Positions 36,640-49,332 of a stretch of 64,000 nt of DNA are shown here, in pieces. A program made the position numbers and the translations under genes. The stretch is from Octopus sinensis (taxonomy: Eukaryota), in assembly GCF_006345805.1 (NCBI RefSeq), contig NC_043005.1, positions 74,834,001 through 74,898,000 of the forward strand. Direction: 5' to 3'. Position 1 is the first letter of the stretch, and each line of letters opens with the position of its first letter. The notes under the pieces are model-generated. The model saw nothing but the letters and a program-made list of their open reading frames with translations. It was not told the DNA's origin and made no database searches.

Positions 36640-36795
36640 TAAGCGTAGGAGTGGCTGAGTGGTAAGTAGCTTGCTTATGAACCACACGGTTCCGGGTTCA
36701 GTCCCTCTGCGTGGCACCTTGGGCAAGTGTCTTCTACTATAGCCTCGTGAGTGGATTTGGTAGACGGAAACTGAAAGAAGCCCGTCGTATTTATG

Positions 36796-36826
<31 letters not shown>

Positions 36827-37045
36827 ATGTGTTTGTGTGTCTCTGTTTGCCCCCTCAACATCGCTTGATAACCGATGCTGGTGTGTTTACGTCCCCGTAA
36901 CTTAGCGGTTCGGCAAAACTGACCGATAGAATAAGTACTTTTCTACAAAGAATAAGTCCTGGGATCGGTTTGCTCGATCGACTAAAGGCGGTGCTCCAGC
37001 ATGGCCGCAGTCAAATGACTGAAACAAGTAAAAGAGCAAAGAGCA
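36640..37045 (+). mobile_element. SINE B, near full length
   Basis: Family B head, internal microsatellite and tail. Confidence 0.9.
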
Positions 37046-37060
37046 TATATGTGTGCGTGT

Positions 37061-37104
<44 letters not shown>

Positions 37105-37116
<12 letters not shown>

Positions 37117-37560
37117 GTAAAGAATACGCACACCCGGTGTTTAGGGTTAAGGGTTAGGGTTAGGGTTACGCCGATAACGGGTGGTTTGCCTTACGTCCGC
37201 CACACACACGCACAAACACACGCACACATATGTATGTATTATATGTATGTATTATATGTATACACGCACACGCACGCATTTAACTCATACGCGTACATTC
37301 ACGCTTTATCCTATGGGAAACACACACAGACATTCCGGTCTGGTGACTGCTGACTGCCAGGTAAGCACGATTCATTGCGGTCGGAGTAGCTAACCTATTT
37401 ACTCGGGCGCATATTTTGACACATGAAATACGGATCACAGTCGCCGCTTGCGTTTTCTCACTAAATCTGTTTCGTTGACATTCTCACCTAGCAATTTCTT
37501 CCGTTTCAATCGCTCGCTTCTTCGTTGGAAATCACAATGTGATAAATAATGTCCTACCGA
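37105..37560 (+). promoter_or_regulatory. Candidate CpG-rich promoter or non-coding first exon with short TTAGGG tract
   Basis: TTAGGG-like x4 at 37141-37168; donor-like CAG|GTAAGC at 37361; CpG retention in sequence not recognised as a repeat. Confidence 0.25.
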
Positions 37561-38949
37561 ACGAAATATAATGTGACTAATATCTAGAGGTAAGCCTTGG
37601 TTGTTTATATTTACGTATTGTTATGTATGGGCTTTGACAAAGATTTGGCTGCTATTTCTACCGTGTTTAAAGCATCATACCGCGGTCTTAAAAAGTTTGT
37701 TTACTTTAATTTTTGATACATCTACTGTACATTTACGTTCTATCTTATGTATCTTATAATAATATTATAAAGTATTCATGTTCTACACTCCGTTGTTAAA
37801 TAAAATAAATATTATTATTTTTGTTTGGATCAAGGCGACGAGCTGTAGAATCGTTAAAGCGGCATTTCGTCCGTCTTTACGTTTTGAGTTCGAAATCCGC
37901 CGAGGTCGACTTTACCTTTCATCCTTTCGGAATATACCCTCGCTAAGAGGGTCCACTGGACGGTACTAACTCCTCACTATCCAAATGATTTAGAAAATAC
38001 GGTTTACAAAAATACATTTTACAAAAATTAGTGCTCACGCAGAATATTCTGAAGCACTCCCAGGTTACCAAAGCTGGTGACGGGTCTGTTTCGGGTTCGA
38101 TGAAATAAGTACCTAGAAAGTACTGGGATCGACGTAATTGGGGCTCCTAGCCTCAAAATTTCAGACCTTGTGTGCCTATAGTAGAAAGGATTATTTTCGC
38201 TTGGATTTAGTCGGTGAGATGGCAGAATCGTTAGCATACCGGACAAATAGCTTGGCAGTATTTCATCCGACTCATTACGTTCTGAGTTCAATTTCCGCCG
38301 CGGTCAACTTTGTCTTTCATCCTTTTCGGGGTCGATGAAATAAATACCAATTTTTCACTGGGATCGATGTAATCGACTTGCCCCTTCGACCAAATTTCAG
38401 GCTTTGTGCCTACAGTAGAAAAGATGGATTTTGCTGCGATGATTTTTGGAAAATTTCTTTTGGACCCCTAGTTTCCGTCTTGTAAGATACTACAGTAAGT
38501 AACATTGGTCCCTATGATTATGTACTCTTTTAGATGTTTCAATCACTGGACTGCGGCCATGCTGGAGTACCACATTATAGGGTACGTCTAATCTATCCGA
38601 GTACTTATTTTTCACAGCCTGATAATTTTTCTATCGTTCTTTTTCGATGAATCAATAAGATACTGGGACGTAAACAAACCAACATCGGTGCTCAAGCAGT
38701 AAGGAACACACACACACGTTTATATACGACGAGCTTCTACACAGTTTCCGTCTGCCAAATTCACTTAGAAGGCATTGGTCAGCACGGTGTATTACTGAAG
38801 ACACTTGGCCAAGATGCCGTTCAGTGGGACGGGAGTGAACCCGAAACCTTGAGGTTACAAAACGAGCTTCTTAACTCCACAGCTATGCTTGTGCCTGCAC
38901 AGTTATTTTATTTATTTGTTTATGTCATATAATATATATGACATATATG

Positions 38950-39175
<226 letters not shown>

Positions 39176-39934
39176 TCACATAAAATCGATTAAAGAAACA
39201 GAAGATGGATTCAATTTCAATGGTGCACTCTCGGATTTAGAAAATATAGTTTGCAAAAATCATCCCTTAATACAAATTAGTGTCCATCCAGAATATTTTG
39301 AAAGACCCCCCAGTGATCAAAGCCTGGCGACGGGTATGTATGTTATGAAGTTGTGGTTAGTATAGACATATTAATTTGGAATTTGTTTCTTAATTATTTT
39401 ATTCGTGCTTTTTTGATAAACTATTCTATTCGGCAATAAACTATTCTGTTATGGATTCCAGAAATATCTAACTACTATTTTCGATTAAGAACATTATTAT
39501 ATTTCGTTTTTTTTATTTAGTTTACTAGCTTCTTAATGTAAACTTGTGTGTTGAAACAGATTTGCTTTGTATCTCAGGAGGTTCATTGCTGAGATCGTGA
39601 TTGGTGACCAAAGGATTTTGACAAACCTTGGTGATTGATTGATTGACTACACGATTAATCATATAATCGATTACTTAATTGCTTAAATGGTTAATCAATT
39701 GCCGAATAAAGAAGTGGAATAGAACCAGTGCATGTATTTATTATTGACATAATGACCTTCCCGAGATGCAACAAAACATTGTAATATTTAATAAATGATG
39801 TATTTAGTCAAAGAATGCTTTCGTAGTTTTCAGGTCGAATTGGCATCTTGAACGATCAAACTTATTGTTCACTTACTGGAGTATTTTATTTAAAGTTTGT
39901 AAATAGCCGCAGGTAGGGCCGTGTGCTTACTTAG

Positions 39935-39969
<35 letters not shown>

Positions 39970-40001
39970 TATATATACATATACACACACACATATATAT
40001 G

Positions 40002-40056
<55 letters not shown>

Positions 40057-40189
40057 GTGTGTGTGTGTATATATACGTAGATATATATACATACATATAT
40101 ATAAAACGTAGATAAAACTTAGATATGTTTCGACCAAAGATTGATCCAGGCCATGTCTAACTTAATAGCACCACCTGATAGGATTATCT

Positions 40190-40560
40190 AAATCCTTTTT
40201 AAGTCAAATTTTGTGGTATTATGATCCATTCAAGTAGCAAGTTCTTGTTGAGTGAGTTGTATTCAGGTATGGGTGGCTTATCTGGTAATCCTTGAAGAAA
40301 TTTGTCCAGACCCCGTTTAAAGGTGATGAGATCCGTTTCCTCTTTGATCAGTTTTGGGAAAATGTCAAACAGGACATGGCCTGTTGAAGAAAAGAAATTG
40401 TGTCGCAGTGTACCTATATGTTGTGATCCTGAATTGGGCAGCGGACATATGGCCCATGGTCCCAGCCTTGGATGAACCTTGAAACTAATGTTCAGGTCCT
40501 TAGGGCAATAGTGGCGGTATATTCTCCCCATCGTGCAAATGATGTACCGCAGCGGTACAC
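40190..40560 (-). mobile_element. CR1/L2-group LINE 3' fragment
   Basis: LFDIFPKLIKEETDLITFKRGLDKFLQGLPDKPPIPEYNSLNKN, typical ORF2 C-terminus. Confidence 0.65.
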
Positions 40561-40710
40561 ACACAGATACATATATACTAAATATATATACATGCATACA
40601 TACATATATATGTGTGGTGTGTGTATATATATATATATATATATAAAAATATACATACATACATATATACATATACATACATATATATACACACACACAC
40701 ACACACACAT

Positions 40711-41244
40711 ATAACTAATTTAGAGACGAACCACCACTCCACAACTCAGTCAATGAATAACCCGTCCAAAACCATGCTGTGAGGCATATACCATGGAAAA
40801 TACTAATCTAAAATTTTAATAATATATAATATTGACCAGTAAGATTATTACAATCATATAATATATAAGAGCAAATACTTTTAAAATCACAGCGAATACC
40901 ATACAAAGAAACATTCATCATAAAAATATTAATCTAAAATCAAATAACGTATAAACTGAACAATAAAAATTAATACAATAATATAATGTATAAAAGTAAG
41001 TACTTGTACATCGACTACGCGCGTTTCATGACTGAATTAGGACTATATAAAATCATATACGAAAACCATATCCAAGGTCATTAGTTCGTCTCTAAATTAG
41101 TTATATACATCTATTATATATTGCATATATATTATATATTATATATATAATATATATATTATATATACAATATTGTATATTATATATTCGGTCTAATATT
41201 AGTATACTGAATTTTACCTGTAAGGTTGGAATAATAATTTATTC

Positions 41245-41250
<6 letters not shown>
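40711..41250. mobile_element. Penelope-like LTR remnant with inverted arms and half a hammerhead
   Basis: ATAACTAATTTAGAGACGAAC (40711) inverted at ~41084-41104; minus-strand GAAACGCGCGT-A-GTCG at 41012-41027. Confidence 0.5.
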
Positions 41251-41286
<36 letters not shown>

Positions 41287-41301
41287 CAAACACACATATA
41301 T

Positions 41302-41342
<41 letters not shown>

Positions 41343-41349
41343 TATATAT

Positions 41350-42165
41350 ATGGTGTGATGGGTAAATTGTCACCATCTTATATTTATAATTTCGCGCATG
41401 TACATCGTTTGTTTTTGATTTTGTCGGCTACACAGTATAGTAGGGTCAGCTGGGCACCGTCTGTGAGAAAAACAGCACCATGACGCAATTCACTCTGCCG
41501 GTAATTTTGAAACGACATACTGTACTGCTTGGCATTTGCGTCGGAAGCTCCAATACGAACATTTCACAGTGTTTGGGTGTCAATCTGAGGACACGTACCG
41601 ATAGTGATAAAAATCAAACATCCAGTCAACGTCATGGTGTTTGGAGTAATTACTAGTGATGGCGACGTTATACCTCCATCCATTTTCCCGCACGACCTCA
41701 AGCTCTGCCCCGGGTCAAGAACGTAGCTGCTGGAAGATCCTATGTCTGGCAACAGGACTCTGCACCATGTCACACAAGCAGGGGAACCCAGTCATGGCTA
41801 TCAGACAATTTCTGCGACCACATCACCCCTAACATCTGGCTACCTAACTCCCCAGACTACAACCCCCTTGATTATTATGTGTAGGGTGCAGTTGAGCGAG
41901 AGACCAACAAAACACCTTGCAACACCAAAGATGAACTGAAGGCAAGGATTATGACAGTATTCACAAACTTAAACAAGGAAACCGTCCAGAACAATTGCAG
42001 GTGATTCCGAAGTCGTCTGGAGGCTGTGGTAAAGCCAATGGCGATTTTATTGAATAAATTTACTCTTTAGCATTTCAAGATATTTTTATGTAATTTTGGT
42101 AAATATATCTGTTAAAATGAGATGTCAGTGTTATTTTCATTTTTGCATAATTTAGACGACAGTTT
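41350..42165 (+). mobile_element. Internally deleted maT-family (DD37D) Tc1/mariner relic
   Basis: KHPVNVMVFG, WQQDSAPCH, WLPNSPDYNPLDYYV with 37 residues between the 2nd and 3rd catalytic D; ends EAVVKANGDFIE*. Confidence 0.85.
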
Positions 42166-42209
42166 GTATGTATGTGTGTGTGTGTGTTTGTGTGTGTTTG
42201 TGTGTGTAT

Positions 42210-42241
<32 letters not shown>

Positions 42242-42335
42242 TTGTGTGTGTGTACAACTGACACTCCGTCAATTACAGAAACCTGTGTTCCACATGATCC
42301 AATCAACAGAAAAGCCTGCTCTTGAAGCTAACGTT

Positions 42336-42435
42336 NNNNNNNNNNNNNNNNNNNNNNNNNNNNNNNNNNNNNNNNNNNNNNNNNNNNNNNNNNNNNNNNN
42401 NNNNNNNNNNNNNNNNNNNNNNNNNNNNNNNNNNN
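42336..42435. other. Assembly gap (100 N)
   Basis: Run of N; true size unknown. Confidence 1.
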
Positions 42436-42730
42436 CAGCTGAGAGAAAGGTTGTGTGTGACAGGAATCAGTTGTAGTATTCAAGAGAAAAGGCTGCGCTA
42501 ATATGGGTATATGAAGAGTAAGGGAGGATAACAACTGTATTTAAAAAGTGTAGGGCATTTAAAGTGGATGGAACCTGAAGAAGAGACTGTGAAAGACACG
42601 AGAATAGTGGTGAAGACTGATCTCAAGATACTGAGCCTTATAGAGGAGGTAACATGAGGCCGCAGTGATTAACGAAATGTAGTGGTAAATAGGACCAACC
42701 CAACCATACAAACATGGTGAAACGAACGTC
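42436..42730 (+). mobile_element. RTE-clade LINE 3' fragment
   Basis: QLRERLCVTGISCSIQEKRLR*YG...VVKTDLKILSL, RTE C-terminal pattern. Confidence 0.7.
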
Positions 42731-43639
42731 GAAATTGTGCTTTGACTGGACGTTGAATAATTTGTAGGGCTGAATTAGGCTGCGTGCTGTTTCCCCGTAT
42801 AAAACCAAATCCATTTTAGGTTTTTGATAAGACTATTTATATACTACAATGATTACAAAGTTACTTGCAACAGGCTGTATGACTGATTACCGGTAGCGAG
42901 TCTTGTATGTTGTATTTGGCTAAGAATTAGATAACAAAATTCGTGCAGCAACAGGCGTGAAAATTCGATATTCGTTGTAAACAAACGATTCCTTTAATCC
43001 CGAGTCAAGCAGCGACCAACAAACCTGTCTTCTAAGAAAATCCTGAAACCTCTGTAATGGCTGTCCACGCTTCTCTTTTTATAGCCATGTTTTGGCGGAA
43101 AAGCATGGAAAATTCTATCGATCGTTGGATTACAGCCAAAATACCACTGGTTAAAATTCAGGCCTAGTCGCTTGATGTTGTGGCCTATTTCTCCTTACTG
43201 ACCTAATGCGATTTCAAGTTTCGTCACCTCATGTACAAATATAATAATAATTAATATTATTATACCTGTGTTTATTTTGATAGTAAGATAAAAGAAAAAT
43301 CGACATTGTTTGTAAAGGAATTTAGATTTACACACCCTAGGTAAATTTCGTTCGCGCATTTATTTCAGAAAAGAACTCAAAAAGTCTAAGTGTAAGGTTA
43401 GAATGTATGATAGTTTATGGCTGGCCGTCAACACTTTTTTCTGCAAAATAGGGGTAGTTTATCCTATTCATGCTATATTATTAGCATTATCCTGCGTTTG
43501 AGAATAAACAAAAAATGACTTCTTTAACTTAATATAAATAGTTTATACAAGTTATTCAAGAGTTTCAATAGCTCAATGTTTTCTCAGAGGTGAGAAAATG
43601 GTGAGTCATTGAAAGACTTCTAACAATTGTAGGGAACTT

Positions 43640-43653
43640 ATCTATATAAATCA

Positions 43654-43706
<53 letters not shown>

Positions 43707-43718
43707 CACACACACACA

Positions 43719-43774
<56 letters not shown>

Positions 43775-43890
43775 GGTTCGAAGTTGTGCAACAAAAGAAA
43801 GAACAAAAGACTGAAACAGGTGAAGGAACTTCAATCTATGTATGTATGTATGTATGTATGCATATATATATACATATATATATATACATA

Positions 43891-43933
<43 letters not shown>

Positions 43934-44138
43934 CTATATATATTTATATATATATATATATAACGGGAAGCTTTATGAAAATAGACAAAAAGACGAAGGC
44001 AGGTTTACGGAAAAACAAAAGACGAAGGCAGTGGTGGAATACAACAAACAATTGTATTAGTATGGCGCTCAGGAATGTGTGTGTATGTATATAATATATG
44101 TATGTATGTATGTATGTATGTATATATATGTATGTATG

Positions 44139-44205
<67 letters not shown>

Positions 44206-44228
44206 GTATGTATATATATTAGGTATGC

Positions 44229-44259
<31 letters not shown>

Positions 44260-44315
44260 GTATGTATATATATATATGTATATTATATATATGTATATAT
44301 ATAGGTATATATATA

Positions 44316-44354
<39 letters not shown>

Positions 44355-44370
44355 TATATATTATATATAG
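43640..44370. repeat. Compound (CA)n/(TA)n microsatellite block with an embedded Penelope-like fragment (~43960-44075)
   Basis: Direct inspection; embedded piece resembles the reverse complement of 63545-63620. Confidence 0.85.
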
Positions 44371-44846
44371 TAAGAGGAAATTGATAACTTCGTGAAACCA
44401 AAAAGCCAATTTCGTTAAACTTAAGAACAAAAATAAAGATGGGACTGCAGCTGGAAGTGCTCATGTGACACCGAGGAGAAAGGTGAGATAAATTGAAAGG
44501 TATAATGAATAAACACTCCAATTAATCAAAACAACCTTATATCATTCCCAAAACGACCAAAAATCGAATATAGATATATATTAAAATAATAGGGTACCCA
44601 ATGGTAAAACCCAATAGTATGAAATACACACGCATACACCAATAAAACGTGATAAAAGCTAAAAGGGTAATACGAGTGAAGTCGAATGAGGAAAACTACA
44701 TGGAATAAATTCATGCATAATAAAGGCGGCTAAAATTTTAGGCAATGGAGCTCTAAATAATATAAATATAAATATATAAAAATACAAGGGTATAAATATA
44801 CAAAAATAAAGTGTAAGGAAACCAGAACAGAGTTCATTCAAGCCCA

Positions 44847-44936
44847 TCTCTACGATCGTTTCAAAGGATGCTGCTTTACATCGTTTATGTACAATCCATT
44901 AAGAAAATCCAACGGCAGGACCTTTTCATCAGGAGA
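44847..44936 (-). ncRNA. Type I hammerhead ribozyme with canonical core
   Basis: Minus strand: TCTC-CTGATGA-AAAGG..CTGC..GCAG..CCTTT-GAAACGATCGT-A-GAGA; all conserved core nucleotides present. Confidence 0.85.
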
Positions 44937-45081
44937 AAACTTCCCATTTCTGGTTATTACACACACACACAACACACACACACATATATATATATACATA
45001 TATATATATACATCTATATATATACATATATATGTATACATATATATACACGCACATATATGCATATAATATATATAATAT

Positions 45082-45112
<31 letters not shown>

Positions 45113-45323
45113 ATATATATACATACATACGCACACACCACACCACATATAAGTGTATTCCAAGCAGCTGAGGTTATAGATCTCCACTGAAACAATACAT
45201 TTAACCCCAGCTGCCTGAAATGTGTGAACTGATACAACGATACATATAATCACGTGCCCGCGTGTGTATCGTTGGCGATTTTCTTTCTCCGTCTTCCTTT
45301 CCTCGGGCTTTTCCTTTTTTCTA

Positions 45324-45360
45324 TATTTCTGACGAAGAGCTCCGCTCGAAACGTTTAATC
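45324..45360 (+). ncRNA. Minimal type I hammerhead in a Penelope-like LTR remnant (~45250-45480)
   Basis: CTGACGA-A-GAGC.TCC.GCTC-GAAACGT-T; stem I partly degraded. Confidence 0.7.
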
Positions 45361-46753
45361 CTCCTTCTTTCTTTCCTTTACTGAGCGTCCATTAACACTA
45401 TACTTGTTCCACGTCCTCGCGTTGTTGTGTTTTCTCTTTGTCCATGTTTGGATTATCTATTTTAGTTTCTGGTTTTTTCTTTCTTTTGTCTTTTTAGTTT
45501 TTGTTTTTCGTATAGAGAAGACAAAAGAAGCGAACAACCTGACACTTGTTTCGATTTTATTCGGAGCATTGAAGCGGCGAGCTGGCGGAACCGTTAGCAC
45601 GCCGGAAAAAAAATGCTTTGCGGCATTTCGTCTACCTTTACGTTCTGAATTCCAGTTCTGCTGGGGTTGACTTTGCTTTTCATCCTTTCTAAGTCGATAA
45701 AATAAGTAACAACTAAGTACAGAGGTCGATGTAACTGATTTCTCCACACTTCAAAAATGCCAAAATAAGAATGATTTATATTTTGAGTCTTCTTCAGAGG
45801 CCGTCTCCGTCAGCTTCTGTCCGCAGAGAAATACAATGGCTTTATTAGACTACCCGTGACCCGTTTGGTCACCAGGAAAGTCTGAGATTCCCAGGAACAG
45901 AGTTTTGTTTCATGATCTTTTTGTCTTTTCCAGGTTATTTCGCATGCTTTCAACGAATGTCATATCGAAATCGCGCTTAAACGGCTTCTTTCCCCAGAAA
46001 AGGTAAGATTTGGCTGCTATTTCTTGCACGCCCTGCTACCACGTAACAGGTATTTCGGATCCTTTATCGCAAATAGCAAGTACGTGTTAGCAGGGCGTGC
46101 GAGAAATAGTAAACAAATCTTTGGAGGTGCGATACGTTGAATGCATTCGAAAAAAAAACTATGGAAAAAAATTATTTCACACAGAGGTTACGAACTGGTC
46201 TTTTACGAAATATTTACCGTATTTTAAAGTCACTTTTACTTTAAAATGTTTTTTAAATATGCCAAAAGAAATTTTTTGTAAAGGTATTCACTTGAAAATA
46301 ATTGTTAAAAAACATAAAAATATTGTTTAAAGAAAGCTAAAATATAAATTCTTACTGTACAAACAACTTACATTTTTGAAATCACATTCACTTAAGGATA
46401 TTTCTAAATGATTAAAATATTGTGTGCTCAAAAGTGTCCAAAAAATACTATATAAGATGTGAATCGCAATTCGTAACAAATGGACACATTTTTATGCATT
46501 CTAACTTTGTTGTAGCAGATCATATGCATATGAAACAGTAATGCTGTGAAACTGCTGGAAATAAACCGTGGTCCCGATCCTTTTGGTGTCGGCTGGGCTA
46601 GAAAGGGTGTTGCCCTGGCAACTAGGGCAACACCCCTACATCCGCCATTGGCATAAGCGTTGCTTTTTTTTGCCGCACCGCTACGTCGAGGAAACGAAAA
46701 TGAAGAGAGGATGCGCAGTTTTTGTATTGTGTGAAGGATTGAGCAGATAGGGA

Positions 46754-46887
46754 CACTAGCGTAGATAAACGGGGGTGGTCCGCCCTGGGCAGCACTTTTA
46801 TTAGGGCAGGACCACTTTTAGGTCTGCTGTAGGCAATATGTACTTTTGAGGGGCCCCGCGGCGGCACACACTCTAGCTACGCTAGTG
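46754..46887 (-). mobile_element. hAT-type MITE
   Basis: Same TIRs as 38950; 8-bp TSD GATAGGGA/GATAAGGA. Confidence 0.85.
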
Positions 46888-47602
46888 GATAAGGATTTGT
46901 ACATGTGTGTGTGTGTTTTATATTTTCTCTGGGAGGAAACTGGTAGCTTTTGTTGTGAATATATTTGTGTGTGAGTGTATGTAATTATTTAGACAAAGGT
47001 TTGTGTGACAAGAATATTTTGGGTGTTAATGCGAATGTGTGCAAGTATGCGCGCGTATCGTGTTAATACGTATGTGTACTTTTGAAGGATATTTTTTTTT
47101 GTATGTATTAATGGAATGGGATGGAAACTGAATAGGAAATGTAGAAAGCTTGTTTGTTTTGGTTGTGGATGTGGGTTTGAAGGGAACGGGTAGGGATACG
47201 TGTGTATATTTAAGTATTGTTATATATAGTAATGTTTTATATATACGTGTGTGTGTTTGTAGATTGTGTGTCTCAGTGTACGCGTTTCTTTTGTGTGGAT
47301 TTGTCAGCGAGTAAACTTCGCGGTATTTACACTATTTTGTGGTTGTGTGAATGTGGGAATATATTGTGTACGTAGCTTTTATATGTGAGAGTTCGGCTCG
47401 GTGTATTTGTTGTGTCGGCGCATACAAATTTCGTCGTGGCATTAGTTGGGTATTATAATTGTATTGCTGACCAGTGGCATTGCTAACACGAGAGCAAAGG
47501 CAGCGACTGTTCCCCGCGAGCACATTTTTCAAAATTGGCGCCTTTTCAGCAATTTCTTTCAACTCTTTAGTTACCTATATCAGTACTTGTAGGGGTAAAA
47601 AT

Positions 47603-47777
47603 CCCGCACGATTTTCACTAAGAAAAAAAAAAAATTTCCAATGATTCTGGGATGGGGAGGGGTCCCCCCCCCTTTTCCGAACTAAAATAAGGAGTTTGCA
47701 GCACATTAAGGAGGTCAAGGTACTTGATTCCACACAAAAAATCCGTGTTTTTATTTTCTTGATGAAAATCGTGCGGG
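47603..47777. repeat. MITE-like inverted repeat
   Basis: Perfect 15-bp arms CCCGCACGATTTTCA / TGAAAATCGTGCGGG. Confidence 0.6.
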
Positions 47778-47904
47778 TGTACTTACGAAAATTAATCCTC
47801 GTGGTTTTCATACATAATGACATTGTTACTGAAACAGGAAATTAAGGAATGTAGAATATAATTACGTATATTATAACTAATTAAACATTTCGCGTAAAAT
47901 AAAT

Positions 47905-48052
47905 GCGTGACTGTCTGGTAAGAAACTTGCTTCCCAACCACCTGGTTCTGGGTTCACTCCCACTGCGTGACACCTTGGGCGAATGTCCTCTTCTAAAGTG
48001 TTGAGAGTGGATTTGGTAGACGGAAATTGGAAGTAGTCCGCCGCAATATATT

Positions 48053-48113
<61 letters not shown>

Positions 48114-48375
48114 TATATATATATTATATATATATACATATACATGTGTGTATATGTGTCTTTTTGTCTGTATTTGTCCCCTCACCACTGCTTGACAACG
48201 GATGTTGGTGTGTTTGCGTCCCCGTAACTTAGTGGTTCGACAAAAGTGACCGATAGAATAAGTATCAGGTTTAAAAAATAAGTACTTTCATTCTACTGAA
48301 ATAGAAAAGAAAATTCAAGACGGTGCCCCGGCATGGCCGCAGTCTAATAATTGAAACAAGTAAAAGAGTAAAAGA
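47905..48375 (+). mobile_element. SINE B, diverged
   Basis: Family B motifs with expanded internal TA tract. Confidence 0.8.
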
Positions 48376-48514
48376 ATGCGATGTTATTTCCATTTGTATT
48401 CCATATAACTATGAAATTAGGGCCCAAGCTACAGTTTGCAATCCACAGAGACTTCAAAATAATTGTTAAGCATATGCTTTCAAGTTTTCTGAGATCTTGT
48501 AGTGTAAATTTAAT

Positions 48515-49000
48515 CCTTGGCTCGGATTAATAGCTCCTCAGTTCTGGAGTCGTCGGGGTTATCCAGAAGTGATGGAAAGAGACCAGATGGTCTTACCCTC
48601 TGTCCCTGGTTTAGAGGTAGGTGCCTCATTTGAGACACCACAGTCTGCCACTCCTTTGCTCCCTCCCACATCCTAGATGCTGCAGTTAATGGGAGGGTCA
48701 CTGCTTCCGTAGCCGAACGGAAGAAAACCCTGAAGTATCGGGACCTGACAGTGAACTATCTCTTCCAACCTGTGGCGTTTGAGACGTTCGGAGGACTGGG
48801 TCACTACTAACCGTAAAGTCCTTATCAATTTTGGCAGCTCGCTTCACCGAGGTGTCATGTGACGCCGGTGAGGGCGCTTGGCTTTCCCAACGCCTTAGCT
48901 CGCCATCGCCCGTGGTAATGCTGCGAGTGTGCTGGCTTGCTTCAGTAGGTTCCGTTAAACCTTGTGGTGTGCGATCAATTGCTATGATGAAAATCACAAT
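48515..49000 (+). mobile_element. CRE-clade non-LTR retrotransposon 3' fragment (restriction-enzyme-like endonuclease)
   Basis: [55 protein letters not shown]. Confidence 0.85.
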
Positions 49001-49004
49001 TCCC

Positions 49005-49180
49005 CACAAATGGTTTCAATACAGTTTTAAGAGAAAGATTTGGAAGAATTAGATGAAAGTTCCCCGGTAATTTTCTTTCAAGTAAATGTTCATGTTGATT
49101 TAAAAATTTGCCAGCAAAATCTTATACAATGACGATGTTCTAAAAGATGTACCTGTTTATACATTAGATATGAAAATAAG
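49005..49180 (+). repeat. 3' part of the hammerhead-associated repeat family
   Basis: GAAAGATTTGGAAGAATTAG..CCGGTAATTT..AATTTGCCAGCAAAATCTTATA matches 4776-4940. Confidence 0.75.
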
Positions 49181-49332
49181 AATTTTATAAAACCTGCAAG
49201 AGCATCTCTAAAGCTTGCTCGACGTGTTTAGATTAGCATACAAATCTTCCCCAAACATATGTTCAGAAATTAAGTGTAGCTTATTTACATTTTGTTAGGG
49301 ACAAGAGATGGGGCTAGAACTTCAACGCTGAT

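Noticed and set aside
37141-37168. True telomere or chromosome fusion site
   Set aside because: Only four imperfect units, no inverted array or subtelomeric context.
42168-42534. ORFs spanning the N run
   Set aside because: Artefacts of the assembly gap.
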